Origin: Candidatus Moranbacteria bacterium UBA2206
GTDB lineage: Bacteria > Patescibacteriota > Minisyncoccia > Moranbacterales > UBA2206
Direction: 5' to 3'
NCBI GenBank assembly: GCA_002328565.1
Contig: DCUU01000065.1
Coordinates: 1-61,427 of the forward strand
DNA: 61,427 nucleotides
The position numbers and the translations under genes were made by a program. This document shows positions 43,535 through 53,469 of this stretch, in pieces (position 1 is the stretch's first letter; each line of letters begins with the position of its first letter). The notes under the pieces were generated by a model. The model made no database searches, was not told where the DNA came from, and saw nothing but the letters and a program-made list of their open reading frames with translations.

Positions 43535-45592
43535 TTATATAATTATTTTCACATCCACGGCAACGGCTTCCTGACTATTATTATATACAATTAGCGGATT
43601 TATATCAAACTCACTAATTTCTGGAATTTCCAAAGAAAAAGAGCTAATGCCCATGAGTATTTTGGCCATTTCTTCAACGTTATATTTTTTCTGTCCCCGC
43701 GCTCCTTGAAAAAGAAATTTAATCTTCCCCGAAAACAAAGCTTTTTCCACTTGACCCAAACTTATCGGCGGCACTAAATAATCCACCGTTTTCAAAAATT
43801 CCGCATAAATTCCACCTAGGCCATAAACAATCACTGGCCCAAAAATTTCATCCTTTTTTATCCCGATAATTAACTCTGCTCCTTTTTTCGCCATCGGCTG
43901 AATTATCAGATGACTTTCGGGAAAATTAGTTCTCATTTGCGAAACAGCCCGCGAAAGTTTCATTTCATTTTCAATGTTGAGTATCACGCCATTCTTGTCA
44001 GTTTTATGCAAAACTTTGTCGCTATCAACTTTCAAAACTACCGGGTATCCCAAATTTCTTCCATGATAATTTTCAATCTCAAAACTTTCTACCGTATTTA
44101 TCCCATAAATCTCCATGACTTCGGCGCTTTCACCAAAATAGAGTGCTTGGCGATTTTCCGATTTAGCTTTGGCAATTATTTCCAAAACCTTGGCTCGTCT
44201 TTTTTCATTGATCATCTGCGTCGGATTTTTTGTTTTGGCTGTGCGAGATTCATTCCACTGACTATAACTGTCAATTGCCGTCACAGCTAAATCTGGAAAA
44301 CTAAAATTGCAAACTTCATTTTGTTTAAGTTTAGTGATGGCTTTCTCCACTTTTTCTCCACCCAGAAAAACTGTCGCAATATTTTTGTCAGTCTTGTCCT
44401 TGAATTTTATTATCTCCTTAGCAATTTCTGCTACGGGAGTTTGTTCTTGTGGAGTAAGAAGACAAATCACTGAGCCAATTTCAGGAGCATTGGAAATTAT
44501 TTCTAAAGCTTTTTTGTACCGATCTGCGCGCGCATCGCCCAAAAGATCAATTGGATTTTCCACTGATGATTCGGCTGGAAGAAATTCCCGTAGTTTATTT
44601 TTAGTTTCATTTTCCAAGTCTGCCAACTGAATCTTTTTTCCACTAAAAGCATCTGAAACTAAAACTCCCGCTCCGCCAGCGTTAGTGATCACCGCCACTT
44701 TCTGATTGGGCACAGTATTTGAAAAACTAATGAAATTTAACAAGACAAAAAATTCCTCCAAATTATTGGCCCGAATTATACCACTTTTTTCAAAAACAGC
44801 TGAAACAATTTCGTCATTCCCCGCCAACGCGCCCGTGTGAGAACTGATGGCTTTTTGCGTTTTTTCATTTTTCCCCGCTTTCAAAATCACAATCGGTTTT
44901 ATTTTTGCAATTTTTCCGGCAATCTCAATGAATTTTTCTCCTTCTTTTATCCCCTCAAGATACATTCCAATCACTTTAGTGTTTTCATCTTGTCCCAAAA
45001 ATTCCAACATCTCAGTTTCTGAAATTTGCATTTTGTTGCCTACTGAAACGATACTGGAAAATTTCGTACCTTCTTTTTTGGCCGCATCCATAATCGCCAC
45101 TGCCAGAGCCCCGGATTGCGAAACAAAAGCAATGTTGCCCGCTTCCGGCATTCCACCAGCAAAAGATGCATTGAGCTTTAGGCTTGGGATTATAAAACCT
45201 AAACAATTTGGACCCAAAATATTCAACTCATTTTCCTTGGCAATTTTTTTGAGTTCTTCTTCTTGTTTTTTTCCTTCTTCCCCAATTTCCGAAAATCCCG
45301 CCGAGATAACCACATAGTTTTTTATATTCTTGGAATTATTTAGAATCTCTTGATTCACAAATTTAGCTGGGATTGCAATTATTGCTAAATCAACATCATT
45401 TTCTATTTCTGATAAAGCTTTATAACATTTTTTCCCAAAAATTTCCGCGTATTTTGGATTGACCAAATACACTTCGCCACTATAGCCAAGTTCCAAAATA
45501 TTTTTCGCAATCACATTTCCAACCTTTCCCTCTTCGCTCGAAGCCCCAATAATTGCAATTGATTTTGGATTAAAAAGTTTTTCCAAGGACAT
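43535..45592 (-). CDS. acetyl-CoA synthetase (ADP-forming), fused alpha/beta
   Basis: 685 aa: CoA-binding N-terminus (KSIAIIGAS), a succinyl-CoA-synthetase-like middle region, and an ATP-grasp C-terminus. Confidence 0.88.
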   Translation of the reverse strand: MSLEKLFNPKSIAIIGASSEEGKVGNVIAKNILELGYSGEVYLVNPKYAEIFGKKCYKALSEIENDVDLAIIAIPAKFVNQEILNNSKNIKNYVVISAGFSEIGEEGKKQEEELKKIAKENELNILGPNCLGFIIPSLKLNASFAGGMPEAGNIAFVSQSGALAVAIMDAAKKEGTKFSSIVSVGNKMQISETEMLEFLGQDENTKVIGMYLEGIKEGEKFIEIAGKIAKIKPIVILKAGKNEKTQKAISSHTGALAGNDEIVSAVFEKSGIIRANNLEEFFVLLNFISFSNTVPNQKVAVITNAGGAGVLVSDAFSGKKIQLADLENETKNKLREFLPAESSVENPIDLLGDARADRYKKALEIISNAPEIGSVICLLTPQEQTPVAEIAKEIIKFKDKTDKNIATVFLGGEKVEKAITKLKQNEVCNFSFPDLAVTAIDSYSQWNESRTAKTKNPTQMINEKRRAKVLEIIAKAKSENRQALYFGESAEVMEIYGINTVESFEIENYHGRNLGYPVVLKVDSDKVLHKTDKNGVILNIENEMKLSRAVSQMRTNFPESHLIIQPMAKKGAELIIGIKKDEIFGPVIVYGLGGIYAEFLKTVDYLVPPISLGQVEKALFSGKIKFLFQGARGQKKYNVEEMAKILMGISSFSLEIPEISEFDINPLIVYNNSQEAVAVDVKIII

Positions 45593-45601
45593 ATATATTT
45601 T

Positions 45602-45946
45602 TTATTTTAATATTTTTACTTTATCTAAATCAAAAATTTCTTTTATAGTAATAAGAATAGCATTTTTAACTTTATAATCACCTTCTTTCACGATACATAA
45701 TTTAAAGTATTTACCGCTAGAAAATATTTTTACTACTCCTTTTAATCTGATATATCCACCAACCACACAGATATTTTTATTCTCTTGAAGATTTTTAATT
45801 GTTTTATCCATCTGACAATCTGCCACCAATAATTTTCCATCTATAAAGCCACGAGAAATTACCACATTAGCATTTGGCATACCTTTTTTAGAAGAAGTCG
45901 CTAAAATTATTTCTTTTCCTTTCTCGAAATTATTTTTCCAATTCAT
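45602..45946 (-). CDS. pyridoxamine 5'-phosphate oxidase-like FMN-binding protein
   Basis: 114 aa small split-barrel-like sequence (ILATSSKKGMPNANVV). Weak assignment. Confidence 0.6.
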   Translation of the reverse strand: MNWKNNFEKGKEIILATSSKKGMPNANVVISRGFIDGKLLVADCQMDKTIKNLQENKNICVVGGYIRLKGVVKIFSSGKYFKLCIVKEGDYKVKNAILITIKEIFDLDKVKILK

Positions 45947-46048
45947 ATTTTCATATTATTATTCGCAATTTGCAGATTAGCATTTATTAGTAGATTCGCA
46001 TCGCTTTTATATTATACCTGATTTCCACCCAAAAAACCACCGCCTATT

Positions 46049-47656
46049 TCAACCCCTTTTCTTTCCCATCTTCGCAATCGCTAGCCGAATTTTCTCATAG
46101 CCGATACTTTCCGGCAATTTGGCTTTGATTGGGGACAGTTTTTCAGTGCTTCCGAGTTGCAAAATTACTTTCTCAATTTTTTCTTCTTCCGCTTGAGACA
46201 AGAAATCTTCCACCTTCAATTTTCCGCCCGACGCATACCAATCAATCAAATGACCATAAATTGTTCTGATGCCCAGCCCTCTAATTTTGGCAATTTTTTC
46301 CACGCTATAATTTTGTTCATATAAGTTCACGGTTTCTTTGATCGTGCCGGAAATAAATCCTTGGCTTTTCTCTCCCTTGGTTTTTTCAAATTTTTCCTGA
46401 CCTTTAGTAGCTTTCCAATTGAGACACACGTCACACCCGCGACAATTGTCAGGATGATTTTTCAAGTCCGGATCATTGAAATATTCCAAAATCATTTTCC
46501 GCCGACATTTTTTTCGTGTGGCATATTCAACCACCTTGTCCAGTTTGCTATATTTTATATCCAGAACTTTCTGAATTTCATTCCAATTTTTTCCACCATC
46601 CATCATTTCACCCCGACTCATCCGAATGAAAAATTTGTGCGTGTTGGTGTCTTTCTTGGCATGAAGCAAAACACAATAGGCTTTTTCGCCGTCTCGTCCG
46701 GCGCGACCGGCTTCTTGATAGTATCCCTCAAGACTCCCGGGCATACCAGAGTGGATGACAAAGCGAATGTCGGCTTTGTCCACGCCCATACCAAAAGCAA
46801 TGGTCGCCACAATCACCTGAATTCTGTTTTCCATAAAATCATCTTGCACTTTTTCTCTTCTCTTGGCTTCCATTCCAGCGTGATAGGCCACGGCCTTGAT
46901 TCCATTTTCTTTCAGATATTTTGCAATAACTTCCGTTTCTTTTCTAGTGAGCGAATAGACAATTCCCGAACCTGATAGACTTTTTATGATACGTAAAATT
47001 TCTTCATATCTTTCTTTAGTTTTCAAATCACATTGCACCAAAAATTTCAAATTCGGCCGATCAAATCCACGGATAAATATTTTTGGATTTTTCATTTCCA
47101 ATCGTTCCACGATATCCCCTTGCACTTCTGGCGTAGCGGTGGCCGTGAACGCCGCCACAATCGGACGGTTTTTCAAATTGCGAATATATTTTTTGATTTC
47201 CAGATAATCTGGTCGGAAATCATGCCCCCACTGCGAAACGCAATGTGCCTCATCTACTGAAAACAAAAAAATATCCAGTTCTGAAAAAAGTTTTTGAAAC
47301 TCAAAACTACCAAATCGCTCCGGCGCCACATAAAGAATTTTCACGCTTCCCTTTTTTATCTTTTCGAAATTTTCTCCAATTTCTTCAAAAGTTAGCGAGC
47401 TATTGATGAAAACCGCCGGAATTCCCCGCGCATTAAGTGCGTCCACTTGATCCTTCATTAGAGCAATAAGCGGAGAAATAACCACCGATAATTTATCCGC
47501 GATTATTGATGGCAATTGATAACACAAAGATTTTCCCCCGCCAGTCGGCATAAGCGCCACCGTATCATGCCCGCTGAGAATTGCCTCCACGATTTCTCTT
47601 TGCCCCGGTCGAAACTCAGAAAAATTGAAATATTTCTGCAAATTTTTTTCCAGCAC
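46049..47656 (-). CDS. recQ: ATP-dependent DNA helicase RecQ
   Basis: FRPGQ, PTGGGKS, VDEAHC, cysteine cluster CRRK...CRGCDVC. GTG start. Confidence 0.92.
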   Translation of the reverse strand: MLEKNLQKYFNFSEFRPGQREIVEAILSGHDTVALMPTGGGKSLCYQLPSIIADKLSVVISPLIALMKDQVDALNARGIPAVFINSSLTFEEIGENFEKIKKGSVKILYVAPERFGSFEFQKLFSELDIFLFSVDEAHCVSQWGHDFRPDYLEIKKYIRNLKNRPIVAAFTATATPEVQGDIVERLEMKNPKIFIRGFDRPNLKFLVQCDLKTKERYEEILRIIKSLSGSGIVYSLTRKETEVIAKYLKENGIKAVAYHAGMEAKRREKVQDDFMENRIQVIVATIAFGMGVDKADIRFVIHSGMPGSLEGYYQEAGRAGRDGEKAYCVLLHAKKDTNTHKFFIRMSRGEMMDGGKNWNEIQKVLDIKYSKLDKVVEYATRKKCRRKMILEYFNDPDLKNHPDNCRGCDVCLNWKATKGQEKFEKTKGEKSQGFISGTIKETVNLYEQNYSVEKIAKIRGLGIRTIYGHLIDWYASGGKLKVEDFLSQAEEEKIEKVILQLGSTEKLSPIKAKLPESIGYEKIRLAIAKMGKKRG

Positions 47657-47678
47657 TGTAGTAAAATTAATTCTTATT

Positions 47679-47821
47679 AGGACTTAGATATTTTTCTGAA
47701 AATCTATTTATGTAGCCATAGCAATGACAGGATTAAAATCCATATTTTCTTTTTATAATCTTAGTTGAATTTTTTTGTAATTTCAGCGAACAATAGATTT
47801 GAAGAAAAATGCGTAAGTCCT
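47679..47821. repeat. hairpin-forming intergenic element related to family X (copy Z)
   Basis: Termini AGGACTTAGATATTTTTCTGAAAATCTATT / AATAGATTTGAAGAAAAATGCGTAAGTCCT are complementary. The right end matches the X1 right end (AAATGCGTgAGTCCT). Confidence 0.65.
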
Positions 47822-47838
47822 GAGAACATGAGCCTCTT

Positions 47839-48822
47839 CTAAATTTCCCCTTTCAAAAGTCCTTCGATTGCACCATAGTGTTGAATCACGCTCGTGCTGT
47901 TTTCGATGCCCCAACGCAAACACTCTTCCAAGCTTTTTTCTTTGAGATGCGCTGAAATGAAGCCACTGGAAAAGGCATCGCCTGCTCCCAATGAATCAGC
48001 GACTTTTTCTCTTCTAGCATCAATATGCAAAAAGTTCTCTCCATCAAATCCCCACGCACCTCTAATTCCATCCGTGAGAACAACCACCTTGGCACCCACG
48101 CTATTTAGTTTTTCTGCCAAAAATTTTTCATCATTAAGCATTTCATCACTAACATCATTCAGCTTGTCCACTATTTCAATCGCCTCGTCCTTGTTGATTA
48201 TCAGCATTTCTGATTGAGCAACAGCTTCCAAAACTTTTTGCGGATTGCTTTTAATGTTTTTTTGTCCAGGATTGAAAATCAATTTAATTTCTTTTTCGGA
48301 AACTAAATTCAAAATTTTGTCCAATTTTTTGTCCCAACTTTCATTTTCATTCCCGTTCAAAGAACTCACAAAAATCCACTGCGCGTCAACTCTTTCCAAA
48401 TCTTGTGTCATTATTTCCAATTTTTCATTGGAATCACGATCGGAAAAAATTATCCGGTCTTCACTGGGAATATTTGCAATGATAGCTGACAGATCGCTTC
48501 TATGATTTTTCCCTATTTGCACCAAGCTGGTTTCCACGCCATTTTTTTCCAACTCTTTTTTCATCCAACTCCCTGCATCATCGTCGCCTACTCGGGTAGC
48601 ACAAAAAGTCTCCATGCCAAGGCGCGCGAGTCCCGAAGCCACATTAGCCGCGCAACCACCAATTGATTCTTGGCGGGAAAGAGCAACTTGATATTTAGCC
48701 CCGAGTTCAAAAACAATTTTTTTCTGTGCCTCTAAATCATTGGGCGTTTCCAAAATTTCCCCTTCATTAATTGGAAAGATGATATCTTTCGCCATTGAGC
48801 CAATACATATTATTTTAGTCAT
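47839..48822 (-). CDS. PfkB-family carbohydrate kinase
   Basis: GGCAANVA and DSLGAGDAFSSGF motifs. Confidence 0.85.
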   Translation of the reverse strand: MTKIICIGSMAKDIIFPINEGEILETPNDLEAQKKIVFELGAKYQVALSRQESIGGCAANVASGLARLGMETFCATRVGDDDAGSWMKKELEKNGVETSLVQIGKNHRSDLSAIIANIPSEDRIIFSDRDSNEKLEIMTQDLERVDAQWIFVSSLNGNENESWDKKLDKILNLVSEKEIKLIFNPGQKNIKSNPQKVLEAVAQSEMLIINKDEAIEIVDKLNDVSDEMLNDEKFLAEKLNSVGAKVVVLTDGIRGAWGFDGENFLHIDARREKVADSLGAGDAFSSGFISAHLKEKSLEECLRWGIENSTSVIQHYGAIEGLLKGEI

Positions 48823-48830
48823 AATTGTAT

Positions 48831-48922
48831 GATGCTAATTTGCTAATAAACGCGAATCTGCGAATTGCTAATCGTTTTTTATTCACAATTAGCAGATTAG
48901 CATATATTCGTAGATTAGCATC
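48831..48922. repeat. 92-bp TTAGCA/TTCGCA word array, family A (copy A5)
   Basis: About 92 percent identical to 11523..11615. Confidence 0.8.
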
Positions 48923-48923
48923 G

Positions 48924-50480
48924 TTATATTATTAATGATTCTTTTTCCATCACCTTAGGCTTTTCAATTTTCATTATATCCAAAATTGTCGGTGCGATGT
49001 TGCCCAAGATTCCGCCGTCTTTTAATTTAACATTCTTAAATTTATCTGAAACTAAAAGAAAAGGCACTGGATTTTTAGTGTGATATGTATAGGCTTGATT
49101 AGCTTTTTCATCAAACATTTTTTCTGCGTTTCCATGATCGGCTGTGATGATTAAATTTCCACCACGCTTCAAAACTTCTTTTGAGAGAATTTCAATTTGC
49201 TGATCCAAAATTTCACAAGCTTTGACTGTCGCAGAGAGATCCCCAGTGTGCCCCACCATATCCGCGTTGGCAAAATTAACCGTATAAAAATCATATTTTT
49301 CTTTACGCATTTTTTCCAAAAGAGTATTGGTAATTTTTGGCGCTGACATTTGAGGCATCTTAGCATAAGAATCAATTTTCGGTGAAGGAACCATAATTCT
49401 TTTTTCGTCATCCACTGGCTCGGCGTACCCGCCATTCAAAAAATATGTGACGTGAGCAAATTTTTCTGTTTCTGCGATATAGAGTTGCTTGATATTTCGA
49501 AGTGCCATCGGCAATGTTCCAACGAGCGGTTGATCATTCCAAATAGTATGCACATCAAGATCTGGTCCGAAATCCGTGAGTGCTACGAAATATAAATTTT
49601 TAATATGATCAATCACTGGCATGTCGTCACTTAAAATAGAATTTTTGTTAGAAGCAATGAACAATTTGGAAAATTGTCGTGCTCGATCTGAACGCAAATT
49701 GAAAAATACAATACTATCATTTTCTTTTAATCTTGCAATCGGCTCATTATTATCCAAAATTACCGTTGGCAAAATATATTCGTCACTAAGTCCATCAGCA
49801 TATGCCTTTTCAATTGCTTTGTCTGGACTATCAACTTTTTCTCCGCGGGAAAAAACAATAGCTTCGTAGGCTTTTGCCAATCGATCCCAATTTTTTGATC
49901 GATCCATTGCATAAAATCTGCCGGAAAGGGTGACAATTTTTCCAATTCCCTCTTCTTTCATTATTTGTTGAAAATTTTGCAGATGCGTGAGAGCGCTTTT
50001 CGGATAGGAGTCTCTTCCGTCAGTAAAGAGATGACAATAAACTTCTTTCAACCCATTTGTTTTAGCTAATTGCAAAATTGCACGAAAATGCGCCGGGTCA
50101 CTGTGTGGACTGTCATCATCTCCCATTAGTCCCATTAGATGAAAATTTCCACCGCTTTCCTTGACATGTCTAATTGAGCCCATCAGCGCCGGATTCATAA
50201 AAAAACTTCCATCCGCAATGCTTTGGGTAATATAAAAATTATCTTGCAGAGCAATTCGACCAGCACCAATATTCATATGCCCAGCTTCTGATCCGCTCAT
50301 CATATGATCAGGTAGTCCTACATCTTGCCCAGTCGCACCCAACAAAGTATGTGGGTAAAGTTCAAACAAACGATCGAGTGTCGGTCGCTTGGACAAAGTT
50401 ATAGCATTATATTTGCTCGCTTGAGCAACGCCATAACCATCTAGAATAACAAGCATTGTAGGAGATTTCTGCTTAGACAT
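48924..50480 (-). CDS. gpmI: 2,3-bisphosphoglycerate-independent phosphoglycerate mutase
   Basis: LVILDGYG, SGSEAGHMNIGAGR, TADHGNAE. Confidence 0.95.
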   Translation of the reverse strand: MSKQKSPTMLVILDGYGVAQASKYNAITLSKRPTLDRLFELYPHTLLGATGQDVGLPDHMMSGSEAGHMNIGAGRIALQDNFYITQSIADGSFFMNPALMGSIRHVKESGGNFHLMGLMGDDDSPHSDPAHFRAILQLAKTNGLKEVYCHLFTDGRDSYPKSALTHLQNFQQIMKEEGIGKIVTLSGRFYAMDRSKNWDRLAKAYEAIVFSRGEKVDSPDKAIEKAYADGLSDEYILPTVILDNNEPIARLKENDSIVFFNLRSDRARQFSKLFIASNKNSILSDDMPVIDHIKNLYFVALTDFGPDLDVHTIWNDQPLVGTLPMALRNIKQLYIAETEKFAHVTYFLNGGYAEPVDDEKRIMVPSPKIDSYAKMPQMSAPKITNTLLEKMRKEKYDFYTVNFANADMVGHTGDLSATVKACEILDQQIEILSKEVLKRGGNLIITADHGNAEKMFDEKANQAYTYHTKNPVPFLLVSDKFKNVKLKDGGILGNIAPTILDIMKIEKPKVMEKESLII

Positions 50481-50561
50481 AGATAATTTTATAATTTTTA
50501 AATAAATATTAAATCTAAATTTTTAAATAAATTATAAACTAATTGGTTTTGAAATTAAAAA

Positions 50562-51824
50562 TTAAAAATTTATTTCTTCTTCTATTCTCAAAAGTCTATT
50601 ATATTTACAAATTCTTTCTCCTCGAGACAGTGATCCAGATTTCATATATTCAGCGCCTGTTCCCACTGCTAGATCAGAAATAAAATCATCAGTGGTTTCT
50701 CCACTGCGATGAGAAATAACTGTTTTCATCTTATTCTTCTTAGCCAATTTTATGCATTCAATAGTTTCACTTAGTGTTCCGATTTGATTGACCTTAATTA
50801 AGACGGCATTACAAGATTTTTCCAAAATCGCCATCTTAACTCTTTTCACATTTGTCACTAATAAATCATCTCCTATATTCATCGCTCGATTCCCAATTTT
50901 TTCATTCATCGTTCGCCAACCAGAAAAATCATTTTCATTTAGTCCATCTTCTACTGAAATTACATTATATTTTTCAATCCATTCGTTATAAATATTAATC
51001 AGCATTTCGCGCGTGAGCGTGGAGTTTTCCGGTTTGAAAATATATCTTTCTTCTTTTTCATCATAAAAAGAATTAGCCGCCGCGTCTATTCCAATACTCG
51101 CCTCCTTACCCTCCTTATATCCTGCTTTAGCAATTGCTGTGTTGATAAGTTCCAACGCCTGCGCATTACTTTCTAGTTTCGGCGCGAAACCACCCTCATC
51201 TCCCACGGCCGTGCTATAACCTTCACTACCTAAAATTTCCATCAGCGCATGAAAAATTTCACTGCCAGCTCGCAGTTGTTCCTTAAAAGTTTTTATTCCA
51301 TTTGGCACTAATTTATATTCCTGAATTGAAAGTCCGCTGTCGCTGTGTTTTCCGCCGTTTATAATATTAAACATTGGCATTGGCAATTTATATTTTTTTG
51401 TGGAGAATTTATATGTCTTGGCAATATAAGCATAAAGCGGTAGCTTATTTTCCAACGCCGACGCCCGACAAACAGCCAGGGAAACTCCCAAAATTGCATT
51501 AGCCCCTAGGCTAGATTTATTTTCTGTCCCGTCAAGCGCCAACATTTTTTCATCAATTTCCTTTTGGCTTTCCACTTCCATTCCAACTACTATTTTAGAA
51601 ATTTTTTCGTTAACATTCGAAACTGCACTTAGCACACCTTGCCCATGATATCTTTTTGGATCCTTATCGCGAAGTTCCAACGCCTCATATGCACCAGTTG
51701 ACGCCCCACTTGGCACCGCCGCACTCGCTTTTGCTCCTGATTCCAACTCAATCTCTACTTCTACCGTTGGATTCCCCCTTGAATCCAAAATCTCCCGCGC
51801 AAATATTTTTTTGATTTTACTCAT
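50562..51824 (-). CDS. eno: enolase
   Basis: REILDSRGNPTVEVE, SHRSGETTD, IKVNQIGT. Confidence 0.97.
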   Translation of the reverse strand: MSKIKKIFAREILDSRGNPTVEVEIELESGAKASAAVPSGASTGAYEALELRDKDPKRYHGQGVLSAVSNVNEKISKIVVGMEVESQKEIDEKMLALDGTENKSSLGANAILGVSLAVCRASALENKLPLYAYIAKTYKFSTKKYKLPMPMFNIINGGKHSDSGLSIQEYKLVPNGIKTFKEQLRAGSEIFHALMEILGSEGYSTAVGDEGGFAPKLESNAQALELINTAIAKAGYKEGKEASIGIDAAANSFYDEKEERYIFKPENSTLTREMLINIYNEWIEKYNVISVEDGLNENDFSGWRTMNEKIGNRAMNIGDDLLVTNVKRVKMAILEKSCNAVLIKVNQIGTLSETIECIKLAKKNKMKTVISHRSGETTDDFISDLAVGTGAEYMKSGSLSRGERICKYNRLLRIEEEINF

Positions 51825-51846
51825 ATTTTTATATATTATATATTTT

Positions 51847-52314
51847 TTAATTTTTTGCTATTAAATATTCAAAATAATCTTGCCCCCATGCAATAATCTT
51901 TCCATTTTTTTTCAATATTTTATTGGCTTTATTTTTAAATTTTATGTAATCATTTAAAAATTGCTTAGAAATATCCGGCCAAATATCACCAATCACGCAA
52001 TCGAATTTTTTATTTTCGGATATTTTATAAAAATCTTCTACAATAATTTTTCCGTAAAGAATATCAGTTCTTTTTATTTCATCTAATACTTCCCTATATT
52101 TTTCAATAGTAATAATACTTTTAACTTTTTTATTTTTAAATAAATATTTTTGTAAAATTCCAAAACCATATCCAGCGACCAAAACATCTCCGAACGACTT
52201 TTTTGCCAATTCTTTTTGAAGATTTTGTTCTTGAGGAGTATCCCACATCCAAAGATATTCATCTAACCACATGAATTTATGTTTTTTATGCTCTAAAATT
52301 TTTATTTTTACCAT
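51847..52314 (-). CDS. hypothetical protein, possible class I methyltransferase-like fold
   Basis: 155 aa with a glycine-rich VLVAGYGFG and later FDCVIGD. Weak assignment. Confidence 0.5.
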   Translation of the reverse strand: MVKIKILEHKKHKFMWLDEYLWMWDTPQEQNLQKELAKKSFGDVLVAGYGFGILQKYLFKNKKVKSIITIEKYREVLDEIKRTDILYGKIIVEDFYKISENKKFDCVIGDIWPDISKQFLNDYIKFKNKANKILKKNGKIIAWGQDYFEYLIAKN

Positions 52315-52370
52315 ATTGCTTTATATTTAATAATCTTTATTCAGTGTAATCATGTGAACTCACGTGTTAA

Positions 52371-53411
52371 TCAGTGGTTCAGACATTCTATCCCCGGCAT
52401 TTCGCCTCCTCCTAAATAATCCAGCATTGCTCCACCACCAGTGGACACAAAACCAATTAAATCCTGCGCATTATTTTTTTCCAAAATTTCCAGTGTCTCT
52501 CCTCCACCAACCACAGTGTACGCGCCTGACGCTAAGACTGAGCGCAAAATTTCATTAGAACTCATCGCATATTTTTCATCTTCAAATTTTCCCGTTGGTC
52601 CATTCCAAGCAATCGTCTTGGCATTGGAAATTATTTCTTGAAATTTTTTCAAAGTTTTTGGGCCAATATCCAATCGGTCATCCACAAAATCAAACGGCAA
52701 AATTACTTTTTCACTAAATTCTTTTTTTTGATCCAGTGCTTCGTTGGCAATTTTTCCGCCTACTAAAATATTATCATACTTCTCTTCAAAAAACTTAATC
52801 ACAGGTAGTTTCGTTTCAATTTTGGCTCCGCCGATAATCGCCACAGCCGGATGTGAAAAATCATTTTTTATCTTTTCCATCTCCTCAATTTCTTTTTGTA
52901 GTCGCAGTCCTGCAAAACTTGGAATTAACTTTGCCACTCCAGACACGCTAGCATGGTCTCGGTGAGATGCAGAGAATGCGTCGTTTATAAAAATATCAAA
53001 ACCTTTTGCAAGTTTTTCGGAAAATTCGGCATCATTGTTTTCATCTCCTGCATAAAAGCGAACATTTTCCAAAAGAATGATTTCTCCCTGGGATAAATTT
53101 TCCAAATTATTTTCTCTCTCCCCACTTATGCAATCAGAAATAAATCTGACTTTTAATCCTAAAATACTTTCAACATCATCTACAATTTGTTGCAAAGAAA
53201 ATTCTGAATTATTTTTTCCTTCGGGTCTACCCAAATGAGAAATCAAAGCCACCTTGCAATTTTTTTCTAATAAAAATCTTACCGTTTCTTTACAAGCTTC
53301 GATTTTAAATTTTTCCTTCACCTTTCCATTTTCCAACGCCACATTAAAATCAACTCTGAGTAAAACTTTTTTATTTTCTAATTGCGCATCTTGTATTTTT
53401 TTTATATTCAT
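52371..53411 (-). CDS. pgk: phosphoglycerate kinase (short form, 346 aa)
   Basis: RVDFNV, SHLGRP, STGGGAMLDYL. Confidence 0.93.
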   Translation of the reverse strand: MNIKKIQDAQLENKKVLLRVDFNVALENGKVKEKFKIEACKETVRFLLEKNCKVALISHLGRPEGKNNSEFSLQQIVDDVESILGLKVRFISDCISGERENNLENLSQGEIILLENVRFYAGDENNDAEFSEKLAKGFDIFINDAFSASHRDHASVSGVAKLIPSFAGLRLQKEIEEMEKIKNDFSHPAVAIIGGAKIETKLPVIKFFEEKYDNILVGGKIANEALDQKKEFSEKVILPFDFVDDRLDIGPKTLKKFQEIISNAKTIAWNGPTGKFEDEKYAMSSNEILRSVLASGAYTVVGGGETLEILEKNNAQDLIGFVSTGGGAMLDYLGGGEMPGIECLNH

Positions 53412-53469
53412 AATTGTTCAATTTTATTATTTTATTTGTATATTTGTAATAGATTCGTAATTCGTAAGG

